DNA of 64,000 nt from Octopus sinensis (taxonomy: Eukaryota): contig NC_043000.1 in the NCBI RefSeq assembly GCF_006345805.1, forward strand, positions 90,148,001 to 90,212,000. The letters run 5' to 3'. The position numbers were made by a program, and so were the translations under genes. The first letter of the stretch is position 1. Every line of letters starts with the position of its first letter. This document shows positions 13,012 to 26,398 of this stretch, piece after piece. The notes under the pieces were generated by a model. The model was not told the DNA's origin, made no database searches, and was given only the letters and a program-made list of their open reading frames with translations.

Positions 13012-14489
13012 GTAAGTTTACTTCTAATAAATATTACAACATAGCCTTTTATTAGTAAGGATTAAAATGAATATAGGTTTTAGAGTCCCTCTTTTATCGA
13101 TTATAAGAGGGACATAAGTTATATGTTGGTTTAATATATTATTGTATTTATGTAATAAAATTTGGCTAAAAGCAAACAAACAAACAATTAGTGTAACTCA
13201 TTAAAAGTAATTACGATACCGTCGAAGTATACTCTTCACGTTCTAGTTGAAACCTTCTCCCGGAAGGTAAACCACACCTCGTCTCTGAAGTATAGTGGGG
13301 CATGGCATTTTCACTTTTGAGTTTTCATTCCGTGGATAAATATTAACCGAAACGAGAGGTTGCAAACAATTTTTTTAACCCCGTTATTTTAGATATTTAT
13401 CAACTTTGTATGTGTGTGTGCAGATATATATATATACACGCACACATGAATTCTCCCTTTTCTGTTAAAAATAAAATAGACGTGAACTTGCCCATTTGAA
13501 ACGCTAAATTCAACCGTATCCATCCCTTCTTGACCTATGTTATCTCAATCTATCTATCCATCGACTTTGAAGTTTCGCCGGCAACAGCTTCTCGGACCCT
13601 ATACTCACACCGAGTATTTATTTTTTTCCCCAGCGAATGTTATTTACTCTCTTTAATCCAATTTTAAAAACACATTTTATATATAGGTTATCTTTCGATA
13701 AAGTGAAACTATTTCCTTCGGCAATTTCTGAGAAAATCTTTTATAAACTTAAAGAATGCTGGTTTGACCTGTATCCCATCCATATTTACATCAGCTATAT
13801 ATGTACGTATTTCTCGGTGTTCTAATAAATTATCTTAGCATTATAAAGGAAAAAATGTTTTGAGCTTTATTCCTCAATTCGAACTTGCCTCTTGAACCTG
13901 GCTTTATAGCCAGTCACCCTGTTTGACACCACCAGCAGACACCTAAAGGAGTCCCACTATTGCCAGTATTCGGGACAGGTATTTAGTTTGAGGATATCTC
14001 TAAGTCCCTCTAGAAGGTCAGGGTCACTGCCAGTCTCCTGGCTAAAAAAGACAAAAGTTTAATGATAAAAAAACAAACTGAAGCGTAATTCTTTTTCATT
14101 TTGTATGTGTAAGCTTGTGTCTGTGTAAAGTTCGCTTTTCATTTAGAGGTTCCGGGGTTCGATAACACTGCGCGGCATCTTGAATATGCCACTGTAGCTT
14201 TTGTTGACCAAAACTTTACGAATTAAAATTATTTGCACGTGGGTGTAATTAAAAGAGCGAACTCACTGTGACAGTCTCAAAGTTGGCCCTTAAGAAGTGC
14301 AATTCTCTGTGGAATACTCAGCTACTTTGCATTATAATAATTCGACGAAATGGTACTGCCATTGATGGAACCACTAAAATCCTCATTCATTGAAAATGAG
14401 AAATCCTTTCATCTATTTATATGCTTCTAATTTGAAAGATTACGTTTGTCACTTATATCTACTGTCATGAGTAAAATGCTTAATTTTTA

Positions 14490-15230
14490 CTGTTAAACCA
14501 TACGAGAATTAAACTCCAGATCTTAGCCATTAGAGTAGTTTCACAACATTTTGTCTGCCAATGTCTGAGCTTCATATCTTGCTTCAGGTGTTAGTTCTAA
14601 ATCATCTTCAACATCTCTGAGTGTATTTTGAATGCAGTTATAGCCATCAACGAGAGTTTCAACAGCATTAGCTCTTGCTGACCAACGAGTTTCGGACAAG
14701 GTCTTCAAAGTTAATTCTCCTATTTTCTTCCAATAGTTTCATTGAATTTGCCCATCAGTGTGTCAACGCAGCAAAAAAGTGTATACCTTTTGTATGAAGC
14801 CAATATAGCCAACAGCTTCAACAGAGTAAGATGCACTATCATGTCTAAAAAGATCCAATAAATTAGCAGCACAGAGAATGAAAATTGTAACCAAGTTCTT
14901 TTTCCTTAAGTCTGGCTCATATTGCTGTGATTGGCTATATTACTGGTGCTGTCATAGGACTGTTCTGCAGTCTTCAAAATTTATACTGTATTTTTAAAGA
15001 AATTCTAAGACAGATGTGGCCAATACTCCAGAACCAGTCTGCAGGAAAGTTTTTCTGTTGGCCTCCCAAAAATAGCGTAATACATAACTATTTTCTTCAC
15101 TGTTCTCCCCTCCCCACCACCAATCATTAAAGCCATCCTTTGAGAACTTGTGATGGGGTTTGACATCATAGTACAGTATAAGCAATAACCTGCACTCATT
15201 GATGGGCTGTACAGGATCCACTTTCTCCGA
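14490..15230 (-). mobile_element. hAT (ZMYM1/Tip100-like) transposase remnant
   Basis: Minus-strand translation gives LKTLSETRWSARANAVETL...TPEARYEAQTL and a degenerate QSYD motif, with stops and frameshifts. Confidence 0.75.
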
Positions 15231-18200
15231 TGCTGCCTACCATTACCAAAATAGTATAAAACATTAAATTTTTAAAATAATGACAGTGCCCATCCAGTTT
15301 GCCTTTTTTTTTTTATAATGGTGTCAAGATTCTGAGTTCTGAAGGAATGTGGATACATACTTTTTCTCTGGTAGAAAACTACCTTGCTTGGTCTAAATCC
15401 CAAGATGGCACGTAGGATGCAGTGATTCTTCATCTTCAATACCTTGAGTTAATATTTTCTATTTTTTGCAGATGCACTTGGAAGTACAGCTAGTATCTTA
15501 AAAGAATTTTCTATGACTGAATCTTCATTAGCTTATAAGTTTCCTTTTTTTTTTTTCCCCTTTCCTTTTTAACAAAGAAAATGTATACAAGATGGTGTGT
15601 CTTTTGCCAGTACAGCAGCATTTTTTCGCTTTCTTTGGAATTTTTGGGGGGGTGATGTCTGAATATACTATGGTATGTTGGATATTCTGTGTGAATATAT
15701 AATCTAAATAAAAGCGAAAAGAAAATATTCTCAAAAATAAAAAGGGTAACTGACGAAAGCCATGTAAACTCACTTCGTTTAATCTAGCCACAGGCATACT
15801 AAGCTGGACTTTTTACACATGTCTCTTATTCTTACATCTAATGCAGGTAAGTAGGCCTGCAGCCAAAATAAATCAAATGGTGATAGAAAAGAGTTTAAGT
15901 GATTAACAACAAATTATAGATTAAGGATTTTGTTGCCATTAAATTAGTTTTTTACAAAATTGTTTCACTTTCATGAGGCCTGGGAAAGAAAGCACTTCAA
16001 AAAAATGATAGGCTTGAAAAGGAGTTGTATACTTCATGGAACCTTCTAAACTTCAAACATCTATGTAATGATATTTGAGCTTACAACTCACTTTTTTTTT
16101 TTTTTTAGTATGGTTCAAATTGGGGTGGCCATAGACAAACTGAAAAATAAAGTTGAAGAATAGCAACTGCAGCAGTGACAGGTACTAAATCACTGTTTTT
16201 GTGAATATAACATGAAAATGAGAATAACTCTATGCTGACGAAGATGAAAAATATAAAATTTAAAAAAAAGGCAGAGATTAAGTTTAATGGAAAACAAAAA
16301 TTTAAAGAACTCTTATTCCAAAGTTCTGTGAAAGAAAACGGATTTTATCTGTGGAGTGATATTACATGAAAAAGATAATTTTATAATTAAAATTTTGGAA
16401 GCTCAAAGCTTGCCTTTTTATCATAAATATGACCATTATACCAAAATACTTTAATGTCAAACAGAATAATGAATTTTAGGGAGTGGCAATATATGTGAAT
16501 TGCATGTTTGCATTTGCATGTGTTTTGATTACAAGTTCAAAAACCTGCAATTGGCAGGTCCTTATAGAGTCAAACAATTTCTATCTACCTACCTTTATAT
16601 AGGTAGATGCATGGAAATATTGAATATTTTTCAGAAAGTTTTTGTTTTTCATAGTTACTTATCCTCCATCCATCTGCTTGTTGTATTCCCAAGGGATTTA
16701 AAGCTGGTTTTGGACAACTGGGTAGTAGCTACTTTAGATTTGAGTAATTGGTATCACTAAAGTGGAGAAAATGTATTTGTAAAGGCAAGTTCTCCTGATA
16801 TTTGAGGAGGCCCGGAGCAATTGCCCCTTTTTCCCCCTTTTAAATTCAACTATGATTATACTCTTATTGGTTAATGTGTCTAACACTGCAACACAGGGAA
16901 AACAATACAAACACATCAAGTGTGACTAAATATCAATATATTGGAGTTCACATTCACTAATATTGAGACCCACAAGTGTATATATGGCACAACCACGCTT
17001 CATCAAAATGATTTGTTGAAGCAACAGACCATGTATGTGAACCTATGCTTATTTGCCAATGACTTTCAATAGGTGTATAAATATGTAGGGGGATGCTATT
17101 AGTATGTGCTATATACAACCTAACTATTCTTCTTTGGCAGAAGAAAAAGTACTTGTTTTAATTTTTTTTTTTTTTCTTCATTTTGGTCTCAGGGTTTTTC
17201 ATCAATGAAAGCTCTACTAAAACAGTTAAGCTTATACTGTCATGTTTATATTCGGCATAAACAGACTGCAGAAGTGGATACTATCCTGCATGATACTCTT
17301 AGCGACTCCTACCTTGCAGTTGAATGGTTAGTAGTAGGATGCATATGTTGCTTTTTTTTTTTTGTAAGGGTGTGGTCAATTTATAAATGCTAAATACCCT
17401 ACTATACTGACAACAAATGAATGATAAATTATCTTGTGAAAAACCAGAATTATTGCTATGATTTAAGCAATTGAGGGTATTTTCAGCTTATTCATTAATA
17501 TTTGATTTGTTAAAAGCACTCGGCACACACTGTGAAGTGGTTGTCATCAAGAAGGGTGTCTTGCTGTAGAAGCCAAGCTAAATCACATTGGAACCTGGTG
17601 CAGCTCCCTGGCTTGCCAGCTCTGATTAAAACATCCAATGCATGGGAGATATACTTTAAAGGATGACAATGTTGATGAAGGTCCTAAAAATCAAAATTTT
17701 GGTTGTTTTTAATTTGTAGTTAAATCTCTGTTCAATATACTTAAATATCATACAAAACTTCTCTTAACTTTTTCAATATTAACCTGCCTGAGAACACCCC
17801 TAGTTCTGTAATAAAAGTCATTTTTTAAAGTAGTTACAATAAAAACCTTCCATTAACATTTCATATTAAATTTTTACAAACTCTGCTTAATAAATGAGTC
17901 ATTTCACTAAATTCTTCATTCTTTTCAAAATTAAATGAAACAAAAGCATTAATCATCACATCTGTGAAATGCTCCTATCATAGGTTCCAAGCATCAGTTT
18001 GAGCATCACCACCATTTTTACATTGCTTCTTCCATACTTGGCAGGAATTGAGGAGGTTGACAGGGTTCAGATCAGTTCTTATTAATTCAAATATGTAGCC
18101 TTGTACCCAGTGTGAAAAGGAAACGGGATATATTTTGGAAATTCACATATAAATTGAAGAAAATGTGATGTCATTTACTTGCACTTCCCATTGTTGATCC

Positions 18201-18723
18201 ATTTGATATCAATGCACCCAAGACTGCCTTTGGTTCTATGATACAAGCTTTTTGTTTTAAAGGAATTTAAGTTAAAATGTTCCATCAAAATTTCCTGTTA
18301 ATTTATAGACTAAACACCAGCTTAATCACCATTTCAGTGTCTGCTTTTGCACTCTTGTATGGATCAAATGGAATTTGTTGGGGCAGATTTTCAATGGCCA
18401 CATGTCCTTTTTGTCACTAACCCTAACCTGTTACCAAGCAAAGTAATGTTTCCTATGGCTAGACATATTTATCACAGAACACTGGAAACAAACGACATGC
18501 TCATTTACAACCACATGTGATGTGAAGGCAAGGGTACAGACACATGTATTTATGTACATATATACAAACAAGAAAATGAGATGACAAGGGAATAAATAAT
18601 TATCTTATGAACTTCATTAGCTTACAGCTGCAGTGTACTCAGAGTTGAGTGCCTGAATAACTTTATAGTTCATCGGAGCCTCAAATATGAAATGTAATTT
18701 ATTTTGGAAAAGAATTACATTTA

Positions 18724-18761
<38 letters not shown>

Positions 18762-19050
18762 AAAAAGTGTTACCAATGAGAAAACCAACGCATTCATGGG
18801 AAATGGAAGCCAAGGGCTCCACCCATGAATTCTACATCAGGTTATTAGTCTCATAATGCCTAAGCAAAAATATATATATAGCAGGTTTCTTTCAGTTTCT
18901 ATTTGCCATATCCACTCAGAAGGTTTTGATCAGCCTGGGACTATAGTAGAAAGCCCTTGCTAAGGTGCCATACTGTGGGACTGAGCCCACAACCACATAG
19001 TTGGCAAGCAAGCCTCTCAACCACACAGCCATGCCTGTTCCTTAATAATA

Positions 19051-20070
19051 CTCTTTCAACAGAAAGGAATTATTGAAGATTAGTTTTACAACTGGATACC
19101 TTTGCCTGTTTTTCAATTAAGGAATCTACTATTTCATATCTTAGAAGGTGATTTGAACAATTTGTTAACAGAAGTGTTGACAGCACCACAGCCATTATTT
19201 TCAAAATTAATTGAAACAAAGGTTGTGTACTTCGTTTAAGAAAGGAGAACAAAATAATGTCTTTTTTGGCACAAGACACTAAAGAAACTTCCATATAGTT
19301 TACTCAGCATCTTAGAATTAAGTGGTCAATTAGCAGAATCATTAGTGTGTTGGATTGCTTTGTTGTAATTATTCTGGCTTTCTGTGCACTGAGTTAAAAT
19401 CCTACTGATGTTGACTTGAATTTTCATTCTCTTGAGAACTGATAAAGTCCCAGTAAGATTCTGGGGACCAATTCTCTTTCTGCCTGCCTGTCTTGCTTGC
19501 TCTCACTTGGAAGAAATTGGCTGTAATCAAATGTGGAGAGCAATATGTTGTCATGTCCAAAAAATTACTCGAGTGATACTGTATGTCAGGACCCTCACCT
19601 ATAATCCCATCAAGGATTTGAGGACCCAAGACAAAGCCAAGCTTTACAATTAGACGTCTTCTTGTCATCATCTTCATATCATCACTAAGATAACATTAGA
19701 TAATGGAGAAGGATGAGTGCAATTGAAACACCTTTCATCATATTTGCTTCATCAGGGCTAAATGACTTTTGGCTACTATTCAGTAAGTATTGCTTTGTTT
19801 TACATTTATTTTCCCATGGGTTAGAATATATTTGGGCTCAGACAGGTGAGGGAACAACAAATGAGGTGTATTAAACACTCAGGAAAAATGTAAAAGTCTT
19901 TGACATTTCAAGTCTATGCTCTTTCAACAGAAAGGAATTATTGAGGCTTTGTTTTACAACTGGATACCTCTTTTGTCATTTACCTGTTTTTCAATTAAGG
20001 AATCTATTTCATGTCTTAGAAGGTGGTATGGACAATTTAACAGAAGTGTTGACAGCACCACAACCATTTA
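19051..20070 (+). repeat. Dispersed direct repeat of ~150 bp (19051-19200 and 19920-20070)
   Basis: Both copies read CTCTTTCAACAGAAAGGAATTATTGA...AACAGAAGTGTTGACAGCACCACA. Confidence 0.85.
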
Positions 20071-20283
20071 TAAGCAAGTGACTTTCTTAGAACCAAGATG
20101 TAAGCAAACATTAAATTATGCAAATTTTACAAATGTTCTTCAATTTTTTCTTTTTTCTCTTTGAATGCTTTCAGATGAAGCTGGGTTAATTTTCAAGGAT
20201 ATTCTGTGGGAGCTGGCAGATGCTTGTATTTGAATGTGGCACCGTTTTTCATTATGCTGTGAATTTAGTAGTGGATTATTGCA

Positions 20284-20597
20284 ATGTCTAATTCTATAAA
20301 TGGTAGTTACTGGCTGAATGTGCAATCACCAAGAGGAAGTCCTCTCCCTACTAGTCAAATGGTGTCCTACACAGCTTACCCTCGACAACACATACCAAAT
20401 CATATCCCACCTGCCATGCCTTGGCAGGGGACCAGTCCTCTGATGCCATATGGTGGCGGTCATGCCACAGGAATGTACGGCATGCCTTCTTCCATTGGTC
20501 GACGTGATGGGTCCATTGGTAGAAGCACTGGAGGCAACATGGTTCCCTATATGAAAAGGAATTTAAATACACCTTCCCCTGGCAATAAAAGCATCAA
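20284..20597 (+). CDS. TENT2: GLD-2 coding exon 1 (low-complexity P/G/M-rich N-terminus); exon begins at 20175
   Basis: ORF MSNSINGSYWLNVQSPRG...PSPGNKSIK. Acceptor tttcag at 20174. Donor AA|GTAAGT (phase 2) joins the next exon in frame. Confidence 0.8.
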
Positions 20598-20679
20598 GTA
20601 AGTTTACCTTTATTCTATTTTAATGCCTTACTTTACCTTTTTATAAATGTTTTGTTTATGTAATGCTCAAGATTTTGTA

Positions 20680-21460
20680 TACTTACCCTGAATGCATAAT
20701 GAAAAGCAGAGTATTGTAATCACTCCTCTTTGTGTGTTTGCAAAATTACTGGAAAATGGCTGAACAGATTTTCACCACATTTGGCTAAAATACTCATTGG
20801 GTGAGTGGCTCAAAATGATGAACATTTGGTTTGATATTTTAAAAAAAATCAAGCTTAAAAATTTCCTGATAAGTAGGACATCATATTATTTTGTTCACTT
20901 TTTCATATGAATCAACCCTCATCTGCATGTGTACAGATGCTGGTGTACCTATGCGCGTAGACATGTATGAGTACATACATACACATGTGACTGTGTGTGT
21001 ACACTGATGGATTCAAGGGTTTTGTTTATTTATGACTTGATTTCTTAATTTTACTGGAGTATAAATTCCTATAATGGTGATACTTGGAATAAAAAAGTTT
21101 TTTTTTTAATCGAACTTACAAATTTCCCAGTGAGCAAGTAGTCATATTATTTTGTTCACTTTTCCAAATGAATTGACCCTCATCTGCATGTGTATAAATC
21201 ATGGTGTGCCTATGCATGTAGACACGTCTGAGTACATACATAAATACATAGGTGTGCTACTGTGTGTGTGTACACTGGATTCAAGGGTTTCATTTATTTG
21301 CGACTTGATTTCTTAATTTCACCGGAGGATACTTAAAAAAAAAAAAAATTCAGTTCAGTTAAAAAGCATGGGTAAGCAATGCGTTGTAAGCCACACTATA
21401 ATTTGCGAAAAAATCTATCTCCATGCAGGGTATGCATCACCCCTCTGATGCCTTTTGTTT
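20680..21460. repeat. Non-autonomous repeat with internal ~190-bp duplication (20871-21060, 21136-21332)
   Basis: Two diverged copies of TCATATTATTTTGTTCACTTTT...GGATTCAAGGGTTT...GACTTGATTTCTTAATTT; element class uncertain. Confidence 0.7.
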
Positions 21461-21538
21461 TTTCATACATACAGTTTGTGATACACTGGTCCCAAAATTG
21501 CAAAAAAAAATTTTCTGTTTTACTCTAATAATTTAAAG

Positions 21539-21656
21539 GAGGCAACTTGATGATGAAAAGCTAAGTGATCAAAAGCGCCAAAGGCTTGGTGTTGATAACG
21601 AGTTGAAAGGAGTTTATTTTGGTTCTCCTCATCAAATGGAAATAAATGGAGATAAG
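21539..21656 (+). CDS. TENT2: GLD-2 coding exon 2
   Basis: (K)RQLDDEKLSDQKRQRLGVDNELKGVYFGSPHQMEINGDK resembles the vertebrate GLD-2 KRLSDEK...KRQR...SPHQ and DK|LS segments. AAG acceptor, GTAAAA donor. Confidence 0.88.
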
Positions 21657-22672
21657 GTAAAAAGATTTTTGTTTTTTAACATCTTTCCATATTATAATTG
21701 TGATTTCTTAATGAGTTGAGGTGTTGAGTGGAACAGTCTGAAACTAACTTAGATTTCATGTTCATAACCATACCAGTCAAGTACTGGCAGTCATTGTAAT
21801 CAACTAATCCTTTAGCATTCAGATTACTTTATCAAATGTAATTTTTATTTAATTTAAATTGTTTTGAATTAATTGTGCATTATCTCGAAGCTTCAAGATT
21901 TCAGTGACGTGATTGTTTATTTTTAAAATTACAATATAAATAGGAGTAAGAGATCAGATTCATCCAGTTTCACTATAAAATGTATAGAATATTTGGGCCA
22001 GATATAACCAGTTTAAATGCTAAAGGGTTAAAAGTTGATGGCCTTGTGCCAAAATTTGAAATCAAGGGCAGCTGGCAGAATAGTTAGCATACCAGGTGAA
22101 ATGTTTAGCAGCACTTTGTCCATCTGAGTTCAAATTCCACCGAGGTCGACTTTGCTTTTCATCCTTTTGAGCTCGAAAAAATAAGTACCGGTTGAAAACT
22201 GGGGGCAGTATAATCAACTCTCCCCCCGAAATTGCTGACCTTGTGCTAGTTTGACACCATTATTATTACCATTAGTGTTAGAATTAAATGGCAACTTTAC
22301 TTTTCATCTTTTTGGGGTCAATAAAATAAAATGGCGGTCAAGAGCTGAGGTCAGTGGTATCAATTAATCGCCTTTCCTAAGTTTCTTGTGCCTGTATATG
22401 TGTGTGTGTCTCCTTGTCTTGACACTGGCATAGCAATTGTAAAGTGATTGCTACTGCCATACAAGCAGTGTCAGCCATTTCCAATATTCTTGAGATCATG
22501 TCTGGCCATGAGGAAATATCACTTTGCCTGGAAACAGGTGAGGGCTGGCAACAGGAAGGGCATCTGGACATTGAAAATCAAATTCCATCTGACCAATGCA
22601 AACATCAAAAAGTGGACATTAAAATGATAATGAAAATAAGATGATGCACAAAACATATATGTATATATATAT

Positions 22673-23313
22673 ATATGAAAGAAAAAAGATGTTCAGAATG
22701 CTGGATGGTTGTAAAAATATATATTTATTTACATATCACATATTATTACTTCATATTAGCGCTTTCCAGTTTTAAAAGTTTTGCCTGTTTTTATATTATT
22801 CTTAAATGAAGTGGGGAGAGAGAGAGTGTGTGGGTATATAATGGAGAATAGAGGGAGGGAGAAGGTGAGAGAGAGAGGGATGGAGAAGGTGAAAGAGAGA
22901 GAATATGGGTGTGTGTGTGTTTTAAAATTGTGTATTTTTCTCTTTCTTTTTTTGGGTCTTTTTGTATTTTTTGGATGACCCTTGTAAGAAATGGAAAAAG
23001 AGGGTTTGAGAGGGTTTGTTTTTCAATAGTAGGAGTGTTGCTATGTACACCCACACATATATCCCTATATATATATATATATATCTACATACACTCACAT
23101 ATATATACACATATGGAGGAACCTACTGTGTGTGTACATTTTCATAAACATTCATACATACATGTACTGTGTGTTCTTGAAAATGAGAAAGAAAGGGAAA
23201 AAAATAAAATATAAAAATAAAGATATGAAGAAAACTCCCTTGGGTTTCTAAAAGAACAAGTGGTTGACTATTCAATGTTTGATATGCATATATATGCACC
23301 TAAACACATATCA

Positions 23314-23348
<35 letters not shown>

Positions 23349-24243
23349 AACGCACCCACACACATGCATATACAAATATACATATATATATATGTTGATA
23401 TATGTGGTCGTATATATATGTATGTATGCAAGTATATGTATGTGTATGCATATATGTGTGGTTCTATATGTGGATATGCATGTGTATGTACACATATTGA
23501 TATGTGTTTAGGTGTATATATATATGTATATCAAACATTGAATGGTCAACCACTTACCCGTTCTTTTAGAAACCCAAGGGAGTGCCAAGTGAAGAATGGA
23601 TACATTTTCTTTATATTTTTATTTTTATATTTTATTTTTTTCCCTTTCTTTCTTTCTCATTTTCAAGAATACACAGTACATGTGTGTATGAATGTTTATG
23701 AAAATGTACACACACAGAAGGTTCCTCCATATGTGTATATATATGTGAGTGTATGTAGATATATATATATATGTTTATATGTAGGGATATATGTGTGGGT
23801 GTACATAGCAACACTCCTACTATTGAAAAACAAACCCTCTCAAACCCTCTTTTTCCTTCTCTCTTTCCATTTCTTACAAGGGTCATCCAAAAAATACAAA
23901 AAGACCCAAAAAAAGAAAGAAAAATGCACAATTTTAAAACACACACACACCCATATTCTCTCTCTTTCACCTTCTCGATCCCTCTATCTCCCTATCACTC
24001 CCTCTTTCACCTTCTCCCTCCCTCTATTCTCCATTATATATACACACACACATTCTCTCTCTCTCCCCCCCCCCACTTCATTTACCAATAATATAAATAC
24101 AGGCAAAACTTTTAAAACTGACATTTCTGATGAAACTACAGGAGTAGTTGAAAGTGCTAATATGAAGTAATAATATGTGATATGTAAATGAATATATATT
24201 TTTACAACCATCCAGCATTCTGAACATCTTTTTACTTTCATAT
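22673..24243. repeat. Large inverted repeat (arms ~22673-23325 and ~23485-24243), probably inverted Penelope-like pLTRs
   Basis: Arms are reverse complements over ~650 bp with small indels. The repeat abuts (TA)n, and the right arm carries a hammerhead motif. Confidence 0.9.
24122..24164 (+). ncRNA. Minimal type I hammerhead ribozyme motif (Penelope-type)
   Basis: CATTT-CTGATGA-AACTAC-AGGA-GTAGTT-GAAA-GTGC-TA^-ATATG: canonical core, perfect 6-bp stem II, minimal stem III, 4/5-bp stem I. Confidence 0.72.
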
Positions 24244-24296
24244 GTATTAAATCTGTACATCACCCCCAATACTTCTAACACACACACACACACACG

Positions 24297-24338
<42 letters not shown>

Positions 24339-24649
24339 ATATCCACAGTAATTAAGAACTCAACAATAGGTCTTTAAGCTCCTGCATATAACATTGCAAT
24401 CAGTCCAGGTGGAAATGGTTTACAATATACATAATCAGCTGAAACAATTCTTAAAAGAACTGTCTAAGGCTAGCATAGTGCATAATATTCCTGATGATTT
24501 GGGATAAACATTACATTAAATTATATTAATTATCTATCTTAATTATATATGTATTACACACACATATATATTAGCTATATTTATTATAGAAATATATAAT
24601 CTCAGGATATTATCAAATTAACTGTGTGTGTTTTGTTTTAAAACTTTAG

Positions 24650-24764
24650 CTTTCCTCTGCTATGATAAGTTACTTCAACAAGCACCACCAAGCTGATGAT
24701 ATTTATCAAAAGAAAATGAAATTAAGAGATGCATTGTATGGAATATTACAAGGTGTTTTCCCAT
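24650..24764 (+). CDS. TENT2: GLD-2 coding exon 3
   Basis: LSSAMISYFNKHHQADDIYQKKMKLRDALYGILQGVFP; TAG acceptor, GTAAGT donor. Confidence 0.93.
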
Positions 24765-26306
24765 GTAAGTATATTTTTAGAAATTAAAGATTTTTCAAAT
24801 TCTTGATGAAATTGTAATGTGTTTCAGACTACTACTAACATTGTTAATGACATTTAAGTCTCAGTTTACCATAGTAAATATATACCATATTTATGCACAC
24901 CTCAATGATGTAAGCAGCTGGAGAACTTGTATGTGACTGTTTCCGGTAGCTTGCAGTTTTGAAGTCTAGTACTCACCTGAGCTCATTAAAAGCTACAGGA
25001 CATTGATCCAGTACTGTGACCAAATTCTTTGTTTGTCTCGGTCATCTCTCATTATCCAGGTACTGTTTCTACTTGCAGGCTGGTGTACACTGTAAGGAAT
25101 TTTTTTTTTTTTTTTTTTTTTTTTGCTTAGTAGGTGTTATTTATTTCGTTTTTGCTTCTATCTAGAAATCAAAGGAAATCTCTACTATTCCCTTCAAACT
25201 TTGCTTTTGTTTATAGAAATCAGTGAACAAATTATTTGCTGATGCTCACTGATCTCTGTCAAATTGATAATAACATTGTGTAACAAAGTTTTTATTTATT
25301 ATCTTCGATCAGTAAATATTATTTCTTATTTGCTTCTATCTAGAAATCAAAGGAAATAACTATTATTCCCTTTAGACTTTGCTTTTGTGACCTGGACATC
25401 AATGTTTTGAAACTGACCTATTTTCCATTACATTTCAGTCAGATTCAGCACTGAGTTGCTGAAGCAGAAATATTGTTATAGCAAATATTCTGCTCAATAT
25501 CAGATTTGTTTGACCGTAACTACTTGAACATGTCCCTTAGGGGCTGACAATATGTGCATCTCTAACCATGAACAGGAGTAGTGAGGAAGCATCATAGTAA
25601 TGTGTCGAGGGATTATTTAGGGTTTGAATAGCCTGAAACTGTGAAAGACTATCATATATGTGTGCGTGTACCTAGTCTGTCTTTGTGTATGTTTATGGAC
25701 CATAACAGTTCAGCAAAAGGGACCAATATAACCAATACCAGATGGGGGTCAATTTTTTTCAACTAAAACCCTTCAAGGCAGTGTCCCAGGGTGGCTGCAG
25801 TCCAATGATTGAAACCAGTAAATACAAATGAATCTTTACTAAACCACTCTTTCTTCAATATTTTAAACAGTGATCTCAACAAAGATTTCAGCTTGTTTGC
25901 AAAAGTCATTTCCATTGCGAAAAACTTTCTCTTCTCTCTGAAAGTTTTTGCCTTACATGTTATAGCAAGCATCTTCTGTACTTAGAACTTTGCTTTTCAA
26001 TTGTATTCCTCTTTTTCTCATAATTGTCAATTTAAACATTGAAAAGTAGACCAAAACCCTTTAGCATTCAGGTTATTTTGTCTAAAATGTAATGCTTATT
26101 TATTCACATTTGAGATTTCAATGATGTGCATGTTTATTTTTAGTATGATATTGTAGGTTAAGTGTGAGAGGCTGAATATAGCCAGTCTGTACATAATACT
26201 TGGGCTGGATATGGCTTGTTTAAATGTCAAAGGGTTAAAATGACAATGGTGATAATAATATATATTGTATCTATTTTAATATATTTTACCCTCCCTGTTA
26301 TTTCAG

Positions 26307-26398
26307 ACTGTGGCCTGTATGCTGTTGGTTCGTCCATGAGTGGGTTTGGGACCAATAAAAGTGATATGGATCTTTGCCTTATGCTTACTCGTGAACAG
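26307..26398 (+). CDS. TENT2: GLD-2 coding exon 4 (catalytic GSS and DxD motifs)
   Basis: (Y)CGLYAVGSSMSGFGTNKSDMDLCLMLTREQ; CAG acceptor, GTAAGT donor. Confidence 0.96.

Noticed and set aside
18610-18680. Hammerhead-like relic on minus strand (CCGATGA...CAGCTGTAAG)
   Set aside because: Core mutated and GAAA missing; cannot be supported as a ribozyme.
23316-24170. 284-aa ORF and overlapping ORFs
   Set aside because: Translation of (TA)/(TG)/(CT) microsatellites within the inverted repeat; no domain and no splice support.
24491-24600. CTGATGA hammerhead half-site
   Set aside because: No paired stem II followed by GAAA and NUH; at most a truncated relic.
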